IMG/VR virus record: IMGVR_UViG_3300029922_000039 | From: a virus | Strand: one strand, 5' to 3' | DNA: 64,000 nt | Shown here: positions 31,029-39,834 of the stretch, in pieces | Position numbering within the stretch: position 1 is the stretch's first letter | Layout: every line of letters starts with the position of its first letter | Notes under the pieces: generated by a model | Told to the model about the DNA's origin: nothing | Seen by the model: only the letters and a program-made list of their open reading frames with translations | Database searches by the model: none | Made by a program: the position numbers and the translations under genes

Positions 31029-31431
31029 TACCTAAAAGCTCATCCGGCACATCGAAGAAGCCAGGAGCGCCCTTGAACGGAATCCTGTGTTCCAGATCGA
31101 ACAAGATAGGATCACGGAGCACAAATCCGAACTTACCGACAAAGAATGCACTCGGATGTTCGGTCACACAGTCCACGATCTCAACAGAGCCGACAATCAA
31201 TCCGCCCGTCTCGCGAAGAAGAGAAAAGCTCGGATCAGGCCAGTCCAACCCGTCTTTCCTAACCATCGCCCTGATGCTCTCGTAGTCAAAGTCGATCTCC
31301 GTCCGATTCCACCATTTGCTTGCGTGGAGTAGAAATCGCCCCCGGAACTTCGTAGACCAATCCCGGTTCTCGACGGGCTTTCCATGGATGATCGCCCACC
31401 ACCACGGCGCTCTTACGCTCAAAGCTTTCAT
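31024..31431 (-). CDS. ASCH (PUA-like) domain protein, copy B
   Basis: Paralog of 12976-13380. ATG at 31431 preceded by AGAAGGA. Confidence 0.65.
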   Translation of the reverse strand: MKALSVRAPWWWAIIHGKPVENRDWSTKFRGRFLLHASKWWNRTEIDFDYESIRAMVRKDGLDWPDPSFSLLRETGGLIVGSVEIVDCVTEHPSAFFVGKFGFVLRDPILFDLEHRIPFKGAPGFFDVPDELLGR

Positions 31432-31450
31432 CAAGATCCTTCTTTCTCTT

Positions 31451-31476
31451 GGCACCGTGGCGCCTATTCAGCGACG
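31451..31476 (-). promoter_or_regulatory. copy 3 of the conserved 26-nt upstream element (sense: CGTCGCTGAATAGGCGCCACGGTGCC)
   Basis: 19 nt upstream of the ASCH-B ATG. Confidence 0.5.
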
Positions 31477-31521
31477 ACTGCGTGGGCGGCAGATCAAATG
31501 AGAAGCCGCCCACATATTGAG

Positions 31522-31866
31522 TCAGTCGGCGCCAATCTCGGCCAGAGCCTCACGCCAGACGGAGAGCTTAAATTCCGCCTCCGCCAAGGTCCGCTGGTAC
31601 GTGCCGATGATGCGCTTGATCTCGTCGATATTCTTGGCGAGTTCAGCCTCGCGCTCTTGGTACCGCTGCGCCAATTTCGCCACAGTGGTCCTCTGCTTCT
31701 TCTCGGTGGGCTCGGATGCAGGAGCAGGGCTCACGCCAAGCGCCTGATCCAAGGGGAGGTTTGTAACTGCGGGGTGCTCGACAGCGAACATTGCCGCCAC
31801 TCTCTTGGACGCGGCATCAACTGATTCCGCGTCCAGCTTCTCTGTGTTGAAATCTGTGCTTGCCAT
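31522..31866 (-). CDS. hypothetical coiled-coil protein
   Basis: ATG at 31866 preceded by AAAGGAAAT. Confidence 0.45.
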   Translation of the reverse strand: MASTDFNTEKLDAESVDAASKRVAAMFAVEHPAVTNLPLDQALGVSPAPASEPTEKKQRTTVAKLAQRYQEREAELAKNIDEIKRIIGTYQRTLAEAEFKLSVWREALAEIGAD

Positions 31867-32013
31867 ATTTCCTTTCATCGGGCGACTAGATTTCTGCCGC
31901 TCCTCGTCTAAAACTCGTTGATGGTATGCTTCCAATTCCCGCGGTCCTGACTTTGGCATGGGTCGTGTCCTTCAGGGCAGCCGTGATTCGCCAACGACTG
32001 CCCCTGCCGGCGA

Positions 32014-32274
32014 CTAGCTGATGCGCCAGATGCGGATGACGCCCTCTTCCTTGATGGTGCGCGAGGTGAACTTCACGCCGGGGTGCTTCTTCTGGTATGC
32101 CGCGCGTGCGCCGCCCAGGTTGCCGAGCATCTTCTTGTCAACGTTGGGGGCCGCAAAGCTGTCGCCGACTTCCATCTGCGCAAAAATAGGATACTTCGAC
32201 TCGACGGGTACGCGCTGGCTGAATGGAGAAATCTTCTCGGGGATATAAACCCCTTTTTCGATCACAAAGTCCAT
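32014..32274 (-). CDS. hypothetical protein
   Basis: 86-aa ORF with SD AAGGAA. Confidence 0.5.
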   Translation of the reverse strand: MDFVIEKGVYIPEKISPFSQRVPVESKYPIFAQMEVGDSFAAPNVDKKMLGNLGGARAAYQKKHPGVKFTSRTIKEEGVIRIWRIS

Positions 32275-32303
32275 GGTTCCTTCTTTCGTGGTTGTGCTGA
32301 TTT

Positions 32304-32534
32304 CTAAATCATCTTGTTGATCGTCTCTACCAGATCACGGACAGTCATTGTCGCCGTTATGTCTGTATCTGGTATGCCTACTCCGAACTCGGACTCTAGT
32401 TCTTGCGCTAGATGCACAATGTCTAAAGAGTCCAAGTCAAGATCCAACGTCAGTGTACTCTCGTCGGTTATGTCGATCAAGTCATATCCAGACACATCGG
32501 CAAGAATCTGCTTGATCTTCGGTGCTGCGTTCAT
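32304..32534 (-). CDS. acyl/peptidyl carrier protein
   Basis: 76 aa with LDLDSLDIVHLAQELESEFGV (the DSL phosphopantetheine-attachment motif in the usual helix II context). SD AAGGAG. More AT-rich than its flanks. Confidence 0.7.
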   Translation of the reverse strand: MNAAPKIKQILADVSGYDLIDITDESTLTLDLDLDSLDIVHLAQELESEFGVGIPDTDITATMTVRDLVETINKMI

Positions 32535-32537
32535 GGT

Positions 32538-35174
32538 CTATCTCCTTGCGATATTGTCGAAACGAGTGAGGGAACCTTCAAATGCAAGGTGAATGGTGCG
32601 AGTAGCACCATTACGGTGCTTCGCGCAAATAAGCTCTGCAATCCCCTTCAACTCGTCATTATCTCGGTCATAGTATTCTGGCCTATGGACAAAGTTGAGA
32701 ACATCTGCGTCTTGTTCAATTTGCCCGCTGTTGTGAACCACTATGCCGTTCGCTATGAAATTATTAGGACCTGGCACGATACGATCAAATACCTTAACGT
32801 CTCCTGCCGCGTCTATCCTCTTGAGCCGATCCCAAAAAATGTACGAGTTAATTAGGACAGACAACTCTGGGACCTTGATGCCACGCCTAGAGAATACAGA
32901 GAGGGCCTTGGACAAATCTACTTGGCTTATGCGCTTTCCCTGGCTCCTGTATCCCAAGTCGCCATATGACATCCCATTCGCAAGAGAAATTTCCCTCAGC
33001 TTTGAACTTACCCACACTCCCAAACGGTCTCCATGATTGCTGCCGTGCAAACTAGGGTTCAAGCCAAGAAGAGTTCTTCCTTTTCTCCCTACCAAATTAA
33101 TCTTTGACCGAAATAAATCTACCTCTTTCCCCTCTTGGATCAATACACTATAGCAAACAAAATTAGCCTTGGGACTAAGATCCCCCTCATCAATCTTTGC
33201 AAATACTCCAAGGCGGCTCAAGCACCACATAAATTGCCATGCCATTTTTTTGCTTGTGGTGCTGTACTTTACCATCGGAACAGAGGTGGTAAATACCGAT
33301 CCATCTGTCTCTACTAGGCCAGCTATCATGTTGGCGATAGACTCGTCATCGGCCTGCTCCATAAACCACTCCGGGATGCTTTTCTCGTGGGCTTTTTTAC
33401 CCCACAAGTCGTGGCACATTAGCCAATTTTTTACGGGGTTTCCTTCCCTTGTCCTCTTCGATCGCGTTGTTATGTCGTACTGGAAAACCTTATCGCTTGA
33501 GTGCTTGTGATATCTAGGGATAAGACCGAATAGCCTTTCAGTGTCCTCACAGAAATCCTTGGCAACATCCGCGCAAGAACAAATGAAGGATGGGGATGAA
33601 TACCCTAGCATTGATCCATTTCCGAGCATTCTCCCAATCCACCGAGATTCCGGTATAGAAATACGCCCAGGCAGGCTGTCGATCTTTCTCGCCGCAGCAA
33701 TAGCGTGATCTGGAGTTAGGTCTTTGGCCTTGACCCAGCCAACATCCGTGAGTATGGAGTGATTTGGAGTGCATACAATTTCGCGCCCCGATCTCGTCCT
33801 GACTCTAATCGCTTGCGATACCCCCTTCGGAACGTTGAAGGAAGGGACAGGTTTGATTTTTTCATTGCTTAAACTATACGTGTTCATAGGAGATTCCATA
33901 TTAGATTGAACACCACCAGAAGTAAACAGAAAAGTGTCTTTTTCTGACAAGCATTCCCGCAGATCTGACAATACGGGACGCTTATCTTGGCGCTGTTCGT
34001 TATTCCTATTGAGTTGGGCAAGAGCGATCACGGGGCAATCGAGTTCTTTTGACATTGCCTTCAGGGATCGAGACACAAGCGCCACTTCTTGTTCCCTGTT
34101 TTGGGTTTTTTTGTCTCCCGATACGAGACTGATGTAATCGATCACCACAAGATCAAGGCGCCCCTCGCGCTGCTTTAGCCGGCGACCCTTTGCTCTCATC
34201 TGAATCGGGGTCATATTGGAGCAGTCGTCGATAAATATGCGAGACTCCACCAAGTCATTTAGTGCCTTCTGTAGCTTTCTTTTTTCCTCCGAGCTAAGGA
34301 ATTCTCCCTCCATGGCCCTCTTGATGTCCACGCGAGCCCTAGATGCCATGAACCGACGCTCCACCGAGGGCCTCGACATCTCCAAAGAAAAGAACGCTGC
34401 TACCATATCTGTTCCGCAGCATACGTTTTCGAGAATATTCATTGAAATGCTAGTTTTTCCTTGCGCTGGCCTGGCTGCAATGATCGTCAACTCTCCCTTC
34501 TGAAGACCTCCAGTAAGCCGATCGTAATCAATAAAACCCGTCGGAAGTCCCACCTTGAGGTTCGGTTCGGTGTACTGGCGAATATATTGATCTGGCCCTC
34601 CCGCTTGAGTTACAGAAGATCCGAAGTCTCGCAACTTGCTGGTATTCGACTCCTGGGCCACCTCCAGCAACTGCGATTCCGCGTCTTCCAGAACCGCCAT
34701 CGCCGTCTCGCTCTGGTCGGCCGCGCGCGACAGCACAGAGGAGCAGATTGCCATCAGCCGGCGGAGTTGGGACTTCTCCTTGACGATGCGAATGTAGTCG
34801 GCAATCTGGGGCCGCCGCGGTAGTCCATCCGTAAGGCCGGAAATGAACGCCGCGCCACCGACTGACTCGCGCTCCTTGTGGCGGTCGAGTTCCGCGCATA
34901 GGGTCACAAGGTCTACGGCTTGCTGCGCGTCGATCAGGTCGGCCATGCGCTGAAAGATGCGCCGATGGCTGTCGAGGAAGAAGTCCTCCGGCGTCAGCGC
35001 CTCGGCAATCTCGTTGAAGCAGGCCGGGTCTAGGAGCACAGCCCCGAGTAGGACTCGTTCTCCATCGATCGAGCACGGAGCCACTGCTTCCACCGTTTGG
35101 GGCCGTGGACGCTCCTTCTCTTCCGGGTACTCCGGTGCCTGGTCGGGGATGCGGTATTCGGAGATGTCAGACAA
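32538..35174 (-). CDS. dnaB: replicative DNA helicase DnaB, interrupted by an intein
   Basis: DnaB N-domain, Walker A ARPAQGKTS, and VVIDYISL. PVLSDLRE|C...VVHN|SGQIEQDAD is split by 408 aa. TTG start preceded by AAGGGAAGG. Confidence 0.85.
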   Translation of the reverse strand: MSDISEYRIPDQAPEYPEEKERPRPQTVEAVAPCSIDGERVLLGAVLLDPACFNEIAEALTPEDFFLDSHRRIFQRMADLIDAQQAVDLVTLCAELDRHKERESVGGAAFISGLTDGLPRRPQIADYIRIVKEKSQLRRLMAICSSVLSRAADQSETAMAVLEDAESQLLEVAQESNTSKLRDFGSSVTQAGGPDQYIRQYTEPNLKVGLPTGFIDYDRLTGGLQKGELTIIAARPAQGKTSISMNILENVCCGTDMVAAFFSLEMSRPSVERRFMASRARVDIKRAMEGEFLSSEEKRKLQKALNDLVESRIFIDDCSNMTPIQMRAKGRRLKQREGRLDLVVIDYISLVSGDKKTQNREQEVALVSRSLKAMSKELDCPVIALAQLNRNNEQRQDKRPVLSDLRECLSEKDTFLFTSGGVQSNMESPMNTYSLSNEKIKPVPSFNVPKGVSQAIRVRTRSGREIVCTPNHSILTDVGWVKAKDLTPDHAIAAARKIDSLPGRISIPESRWIGRMLGNGSMLGYSSPSFICSCADVAKDFCEDTERLFGLIPRYHKHSSDKVFQYDITTRSKRTREGNPVKNWLMCHDLWGKKAHEKSIPEWFMEQADDESIANMIAGLVETDGSVFTTSVPMVKYSTTSKKMAWQFMWCLSRLGVFAKIDEGDLSPKANFVCYSVLIQEGKEVDLFRSKINLVGRKGRTLLGLNPSLHGSNHGDRLGVWVSSKLREISLANGMSYGDLGYRSQGKRISQVDLSKALSVFSRRGIKVPELSVLINSYIFWDRLKRIDAAGDVKVFDRIVPGPNNFIANGIVVHNSGQIEQDADVLNFVHRPEYYDRDNDELKGIAELICAKHRNGATRTIHLAFEGSLTRFDNIARR
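32730..33953 (-). mobile_element. intein with a LAGLIDADG homing-endonuclease domain inside DnaB (residues 408-815)
   Basis: Cys1 after DLRE, and terminal HN followed by Ser+1. IGRMLGNGSM and MIAGLVETDGSV LAGLIDADG-type motifs. AT-rich relative to the exteins. Confidence 0.8.
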
Positions 35175-35213
35175 TGCTTACCTTCCCTTAGATCGTAGAT
35201 CACGCCTGGACTT

Positions 35214-35339
35214 CTATTTCGGAGTGTTGACGCTGATATGTGTGGCCAGCGTTTCAACGTCCTTCTTCCACTCATTCGGCGCGATCCATTGGGCTATCAC
35301 TAGCAGGATTCGAATAACAGTTTTCTCTTTCCAGTCCAT
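35214..35339 (-). CDS. small hypothetical protein (41 aa)
   Basis: ATG preceded by GAGAGGAACTAAGGA. Below the track cut-off. Confidence 0.3.
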   Translation of the reverse strand: MDWKEKTVIRILLVIAQWIAPNEWKKDVETLATHISVNTPK

Positions 35340-35393
35340 TCCTTAGTTCCTCTCTTTCTTGCGTTGGAGTCGTAGCCCGTATCGTTACGGTGC

Positions 35394-35774
35394 CTACGCC
35401 GCGAGACCTTTCCAGGACAACCAGCGGCGCTGTAGTTCCGCTTTTGCCTCTGGGGATTTCAACTTGTTCAAGCAGCTTTGCGAGAACTTCGGGAACAGAT
35501 CATCGTTGATGTAATCCCACAGGCATTCATAACGCCGAGAGTCGCAAAAGAACGCCCAGGCAATCTCAGCGCAGACCGCGCAAGTGTGGTTGGTTGCCCA
35601 CTTTGAGCTTCCTGCTTCCTCTCGAAAACGGGCTTTTTCATGCGGTTCTCCCGCAGGAATGGTGCGACCACATTCACAACATTGCATCGGCGTTTTGAAC
35701 GTCGCTGTATACATCGCAAAATCGTTGTCGCCAAAGTCATGTCCTGAACTCAGGCAAACTCCACAATTGCTCAT
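35394..35774 (-). CDS. Cys-rich hypothetical protein
   Basis: ATG at 35774 preceded by GGGAGGGATGAA. Several CxxC pairs. Confidence 0.5.
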   Translation of the reverse strand: MSNCGVCLSSGHDFGDNDFAMYTATFKTPMQCCECGRTIPAGEPHEKARFREEAGSSKWATNHTCAVCAEIAWAFFCDSRRYECLWDYINDDLFPKFSQSCLNKLKSPEAKAELQRRWLSWKGLAA

Positions 35775-35790
35775 TTCATCCCTCCCATCA

Positions 35791-35816
35791 GGCACCCTAG
35801 TGCCTATTCAACGACG
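35791..35816 (-). promoter_or_regulatory. copy 4 of the conserved 26-nt upstream element (sense: CGTCGTTGAATAGGCACTAGGGTGCC)
   Basis: Starts right after the KTSC stop codon, 16 nt upstream of the ATG at 35774. Confidence 0.5.
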
Positions 35817-36032
35817 TTACAGCGGCTTGTACGGCCTCTGCGGCTTGATGACCGCGTGCAGGTGCTTGCCGGGGCTGTCTGCGTTCTCGAAGTCCCGCGC
35901 GTCCTCTTCCGTGCAGCCCAAATATTGGCCTTGGTGCCCACTGTGAAAGGAAATTGTGATGGTCTGGTCGTCCGGGTTGAATGTTGCACCCTTGATGTTG
36001 CTGCTGCTTTTCAAATTCAGAGCCTGTTCCAT
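35817..36032 (-). CDS. KTSC-domain protein
   Basis: SSSNIKGATFNPDDQTITISFHSGHQGQYLGCTEEDARDFENADSPGKH follows the KTSC pattern. Confidence 0.6.
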   Translation of the reverse strand: MEQALNLKSSSNIKGATFNPDDQTITISFHSGHQGQYLGCTEEDARDFENADSPGKHLHAVIKPQRPYKPL

Positions 36033-36262
36033 TGTTCATCCTCTGCTTTCTCTGGGTCAATAACTGTCACGTTGACTGCCTGCGGCTTGCCGTTGGGAGC
36101 AATCCCCATTTCAAACTGCACGCGCTGTCCCTTGTCGAGCTTCTTGTACCCTTCGCAATTCACAGAACTGAAATGCACGAAAATCTGGGGCTTGCCGGGT
36201 CCTACATCCAAAAATCCGAACCCGCGTTCTGGGCTAAAGGTTACGACTGTTCCTGTTTGCAT
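36017..36262 (-). CDS. cold-shock-domain protein
   Basis: GTVVTFSPERGFGFL...IFVHFSSV...GQRVQFE (RNP1/RNP2-like CSD motifs). Confidence 0.75.
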   Translation of the reverse strand: MQTGTVVTFSPERGFGFLDVGPGKPQIFVHFSSVNCEGYKKLDKGQRVQFEMGIAPNGKPQAVNVTVIDPEKAEDEQWNRL

Positions 36263-36283
36263 TGATTCGTTCTCCCTGTTGAG

Positions 36284-37606
36284 TTATTTCTTGCGGCGTA
36301 CCGAGATTGAGCCCTGATCTTCAGCCCTCATGCCGGGCACGTTGAAAGCGGTCTTGAGGGCTTTGGCAAGCCGGTTGAGTTCCGTCAGATTCGGGCTAAG
36401 AAGTTGCGCCGCCGACTCCAGGGGGAACTTGTCATTTTTCACGGCGCGCAAAAAGTCGATCATCGAGATTTCATCCTCAACGACTTTCCAATTACTGCGC
36501 GATGACTGGCCCTCGATAACCGGAGCGGACGGGGCGATGTAGGTTGGCTGAACGTAAATGTGAGGCACGACCACAGGCGCATCGAATAGCGTCTGCGCCT
36601 TCTCCGTGTCGCCATCTTCCAGTGCGTCACTCACATCAGCCAACTTGATGCGCGCAGCCTCTTCTTCTTGCAGTCGCCGCGATTCAGCCTCTGCCTCTTC
36701 CCGCGCCTTGCGTACCGCCTCCTGGCGCTGACGTTCCATCTCCCTGTCCCACGTAAGGATCTGGGCCTTCACGCTCTTCACGGCGTTCTCAAGGGGGTCA
36801 ATGGCGCTCTTCTTGAGGTCATTGGCATAGGTATAAGAATCGTACAAAATCTTGCGGAACGGATCCAGCAAGGCCAATGTCGTGTCCTTGCGGTCCGTGA
36901 GGATGGTGAGTACGTCGCTGGCCTGTAGGCGCGTCTGCGGCGTCGTGACCTTGATAGAGAGAGCCTTGTCGGAGTCGTTCTTGCATTGAGCGATGATGGC
37001 CTTGATTTCGCCTTCGCGCTCTTGCAGGAGGCTCAGGGCATCAACGGCTGTCACTGGCTCGGTCCACGCGCCCATGACTTCGCCGACAGGCTGGGTGGTG
37101 AGTGCTGTCTGCGCGAGCCGATCCAATTCCTTCTCAACGTAATCTTTCTCCCCCTCTGGCCAGTCGGAGTCCTCCATGACAACTTTGGTGGTCGGATACT
37201 TGGCGGCGGCATACTCGGGAGACATCCTCTCCATAGAATTGGAGCCGTCAGTAAGGGTGGTCTTGGTCAGGAGCGTTTCTGCCACCGGCGCGATGAAGTC
37301 CAACTCCTCTTCGCTCAGTCCGCATTCGACCTCGGCCTTCTTCGGCGCAGGCGGGAGCACGGACGGATCGGCACCAAGGGTTTCGAATGTCCACGCCGAA
37401 TTGCCTTTGATCTGAGAGTTAAAGAATTTCCCCAAAGACTCTGCAAATTTTGCTTCGTCTGCCACTTCGGGCGAAACGTTCTGATAGGCCCGAATCTCTT
37501 TGGTGGACTTGAATTCGAAGAGGAGCTGCCAAGATTCTTCATGGTAGCCGAAGCGACTGAACATACTGCTGGTCACGGGCTGTAGTGCGGAGTATATGCT
37601 TTCCAT
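36284..37606 (-). CDS. KTSC-domain N-terminus fused to a long coiled-coil protein
   Basis: ATG at 37606 preceded by AAGGAAAGGGAA. SSMFSRFGYHEESWQLLFEFKSTKEIRAYQNVSPEV...SLGKFFNSQIKG. Charged coiled-coil near the C-terminus. Confidence 0.55.
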   Translation of the reverse strand: MESIYSALQPVTSSMFSRFGYHEESWQLLFEFKSTKEIRAYQNVSPEVADEAKFAESLGKFFNSQIKGNSAWTFETLGADPSVLPPAPKKAEVECGLSEEELDFIAPVAETLLTKTTLTDGSNSMERMSPEYAAAKYPTTKVVMEDSDWPEGEKDYVEKELDRLAQTALTTQPVGEVMGAWTEPVTAVDALSLLQEREGEIKAIIAQCKNDSDKALSIKVTTPQTRLQASDVLTILTDRKDTTLALLDPFRKILYDSYTYANDLKKSAIDPLENAVKSVKAQILTWDREMERQRQEAVRKAREEAEAESRRLQEEEAARIKLADVSDALEDGDTEKAQTLFDAPVVVPHIYVQPTYIAPSAPVIEGQSSRSNWKVVEDEISMIDFLRAVKNDKFPLESAAQLLSPNLTELNRLAKALKTAFNVPGMRAEDQGSISVRRKK

Positions 37607-37664
37607 GCCTTGATTCCCTTTCCTTGCACTTGCAGTGTACTTCTGCGAGTGCGGGTTGTGCAAC

Positions 37665-38024
37665 CTATTTTAGTGCCGCGATCACATCGTCGATGCTTCG
37701 GACGACGACGTACTTATGCCCTTCGGACTCGACCTGCTCCTGAAATGACTTCTGGACGCTTGACTGCTTGCCCTTTTCGGTCTTCACTTCTAGCCATACA
37801 GCCTTGGTTGGCCAGAACTGACTCTCCTTACTGTGCTGCTTATTTACGCGCACGAACGCCAAGATATCCGCAGTCCCCGGCGCGTGCATGTGGATAGCCC
37901 TCTTCTTCCCCTGGCTCTCGACAATCTGGGTCCCCGAGTTCATCCTGATCGCGAACACATGTTCTGCCGCCAAATAATCCATGATGCTGCGGCTAATCTC
38001 TGCCTCAGTTGCTGTTGTTCTCAC
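37665..38024 (-). CDS. VRR-NUC domain nuclease
   Basis: ISRSIMDYL...RMNSG...GTADILAF...WLEVKTEKGKQSSVQKSF pattern. GTG at 38024 in a GTGA overlap, preceded by AAGGAGAT. Confidence 0.6.
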   Translation of the reverse strand: MRTTATEAEISRSIMDYLAAEHVFAIRMNSGTQIVESQGKKRAIHMHAPGTADILAFVRVNKQHSKESQFWPTKAVWLEVKTEKGKQSSVQKSFQEQVESEGHKYVVVRSIDDVIAALK

Positions 38025-38212
38025 GCTTCCATCTCCTTGCCCAGATTCGGGCACTTGCCGAAGAACTCGTCCAGTTGGGCCTTGCCAGCCTGTGTCGTAG
38101 GCACGTTCGGCATGTGGTGCATGAACGAACTCTTGCCGTCCTCACTCTGCGTGCGCTTGATCAGCAAGCCGCACTCCTGGCAGACAGCATCCTTGCCGTC
38201 GCGAATGATCAT
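38021..38212 (-). CDS. small hypothetical protein
   Basis: 63-aa coupled ORF. Confidence 0.45.
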   Translation of the reverse strand: MIIRDGKDAVCQECGLLIKRTQSEDGKSSFMHHMPNVPTTQAGKAQLDEFFGKCPNLGKEMEA

Positions 38213-38481
38213 CGTGTGGCCTTTATCTGGCTTATGACTTCGATGTGACGATTATTTGATTTGCGGAAAGATATAAGTCTCACGGGAGAAAGTGATTCTA
38301 TGGAATCAACCAGCATCTCTATTTCGGAAGACGCAGCTATCAATGCATTCAGAAGAGAATCCTCACGAGCACGCGCCTTACTGTATTCGCATACCGCTTC
38401 GTTAGGACAGGCGTCATCGGCTTGGTAGTATCCGAGTCCAGTCGAGTCGATCATTAATTTTTCGAGTCGTTCAATACTCAT
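38209..38481 (-). CDS. hypothetical protein
   Basis: ATG at 38481 in an ATGA overlap. Confidence 0.45.
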   Translation of the reverse strand: MSIERLEKLMIDSTGLGYYQADDACPNEAVCEYSKARAREDSLLNALIAASSEIEMLVDSIESLSPVRLISFRKSNNRHIEVISQIKATR

Positions 38482-39128
38482 GCCTTCTCCCAAATTTTCT
38501 CACCGTGATTGATTCGCCACCACACGCACCGCAGCGCGGCGATGCCATCGGCCATATCGTTCTCGTGGTCAGTGTACTCCTCGCCCAGCCGGTACGTGCC
38601 ATCCTTCTTCAGTATCAGGGCATGGCGCCGAACTCGCCCACAGCGATTCGACTTGTAGATGGCGCACTCCTGAATCGCTGTCTGGATCGACCAGTAAGGC
38701 TCCCTGGACGCCGTGCATTTCAGTTCCACGACAGCCTTGTAGCGCCCCAAGGTGCCGTGCGAGTCGGGCGTGACGCCTATCAGCATTCCGCATACATTGG
38801 CGATAATCGGCACTTCCGTCCACTGCGGATCCGGCTTGTATCCGCTCTCCGCCAAGAACTTCATGTAGGAGTTGAAGTAAGGCTCACACTCTTCACTTAC
38901 CCATGCTGGATCAACTTCGCCAAACTGGTTATACGCTGCTGCTAGGGCGTGAACCTCTGTGCCGCGCCGGGCCGCATTCTCAAGTACCGCCGGATCGATG
39001 CCACTAAAATCGGAGAATCCGGCGAGCTTGATTACCTGAGTGATTGACGGAACTCGAACGCCAGCATCGGTCGTATATTCGTGCCTGTCGTCATCGTACC
39101 AACCGCCGTCGATCTTGACCTTGCTCAC
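38478..39128 (-). CDS. PD-(D/E)xK exonuclease (lambda-Exo/YqaJ-type partner of RecT)
   Basis: GTEVHAL..., GVTPDSHG, AVVELKCT motifs. GTG at 39128 in a GTGA overlap. Confidence 0.55.
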   Translation of the reverse strand: MSKVKIDGGWYDDDRHEYTTDAGVRVPSITQVIKLAGFSDFSGIDPAVLENAARRGTEVHALAAAYNQFGEVDPAWVSEECEPYFNSYMKFLAESGYKPDPQWTEVPIIANVCGMLIGVTPDSHGTLGRYKAVVELKCTASREPYWSIQTAIQECAIYKSNRCGRVRRHALILKKDGTYRLGEEYTDHENDMADGIAALRCVWWRINHGEKIWEKA

Positions 39129-39520
39129 AGCACACCGCCATGCTCTTTGTACCACGGCGTCTGGATAGTGCGCAGGTAGTCCCGGAAGGTCTCTCCGAGA
39201 CATCCATTGGAGCTCAGGAACTCGCGGTAGCGGCGCTGGGCCTTGGATAGCTTCGGCGGCGCTAGGCTTGCTTCGCGCATAGCCTTGATGCCAGCGTCGG
39301 TCACTGAGCAATTGAAGTAGGGCAGCCACTTGGTCGTCGCGTGCCGTTCCATATATCCGAGCGCCACCAGTTCCTTGCATACCTCCTCGTCCTTGCCGCC
39401 AGCGCAGAAGTGGTTGCGGTAGTAGGGCGGGTTCGGGATGCGAACTTCAGGATGATCGTTGCGCCCGTATTGGTCGCAGCCGAGAGCGTGTTGGAGGATG
39501 TGTAGCTGCTCTGGGGTCAT
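39125..39520 (-). CDS. hypothetical protein
   Basis: 131-aa coupled ORF. Confidence 0.5.
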   Translation of the reverse strand: MTPEQLHILQHALGCDQYGRNDHPEVRIPNPPYYRNHFCAGGKDEEVCKELVALGYMERHATTKWLPYFNCSVTDAGIKAMREASLAPPKLSKAQRRYREFLSSNGCLGETFRDYLRTIQTPWYKEHGGVL

Positions 39521-39834
39521 TGGTCGCCCTCCGCCTTGGCGATAGCCGCGTCCACCTGCGCCTCAAGTTCATTCCAGGACATAGACGGCGCGATGCTTGA
39601 CTCGTATTCTTTCCATGCCTTCAGTGCGGCCAGCAGAGCTTCCTCGACCGGGCGCGCATTCCATGCGGACGCCGCCGTATCCATACTGTCATGGAATCCG
39701 CTCTCAGGGTTAATTGGGCACTCTTCTCCGCTGTCCTGTGTGCCACAGTAGATCATCGCGGACCCGAAATCAGAGAGGTCATGCTTTGCTGCATGACCGC
39801 AGAACGGGCAGGGCTTCAGTTTCGCTTCGCTCAT
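39517..39834 (-). CDS. Lar-family restriction-alleviation-like protein
   Basis: LKPCPFCGH...IYCG...ECP...AASAWNARP pattern. Confidence 0.6.
   Translation of the reverse strand: MSEAKLKPCPFCGHAAKHDLSDFGSAMIYCGTQDSGEECPINPESGFHDSMDTAASAWNARPVEEALLAALKAWKEYESSIAPSMSWNELEAQVDAAIAKAEGDQ

Noticed and set aside
35468-36317. Several overlapping ORFs (35468-35740, 35797-36060, 35804-35989 on the minus strand; 35584-35946, 35856-36317, 36032-36265 on the plus strand).
   Set aside because: They are alternative frames of the Cys-rich, KTSC and Csp genes, which carry the recognisable domain patterns and SDs.
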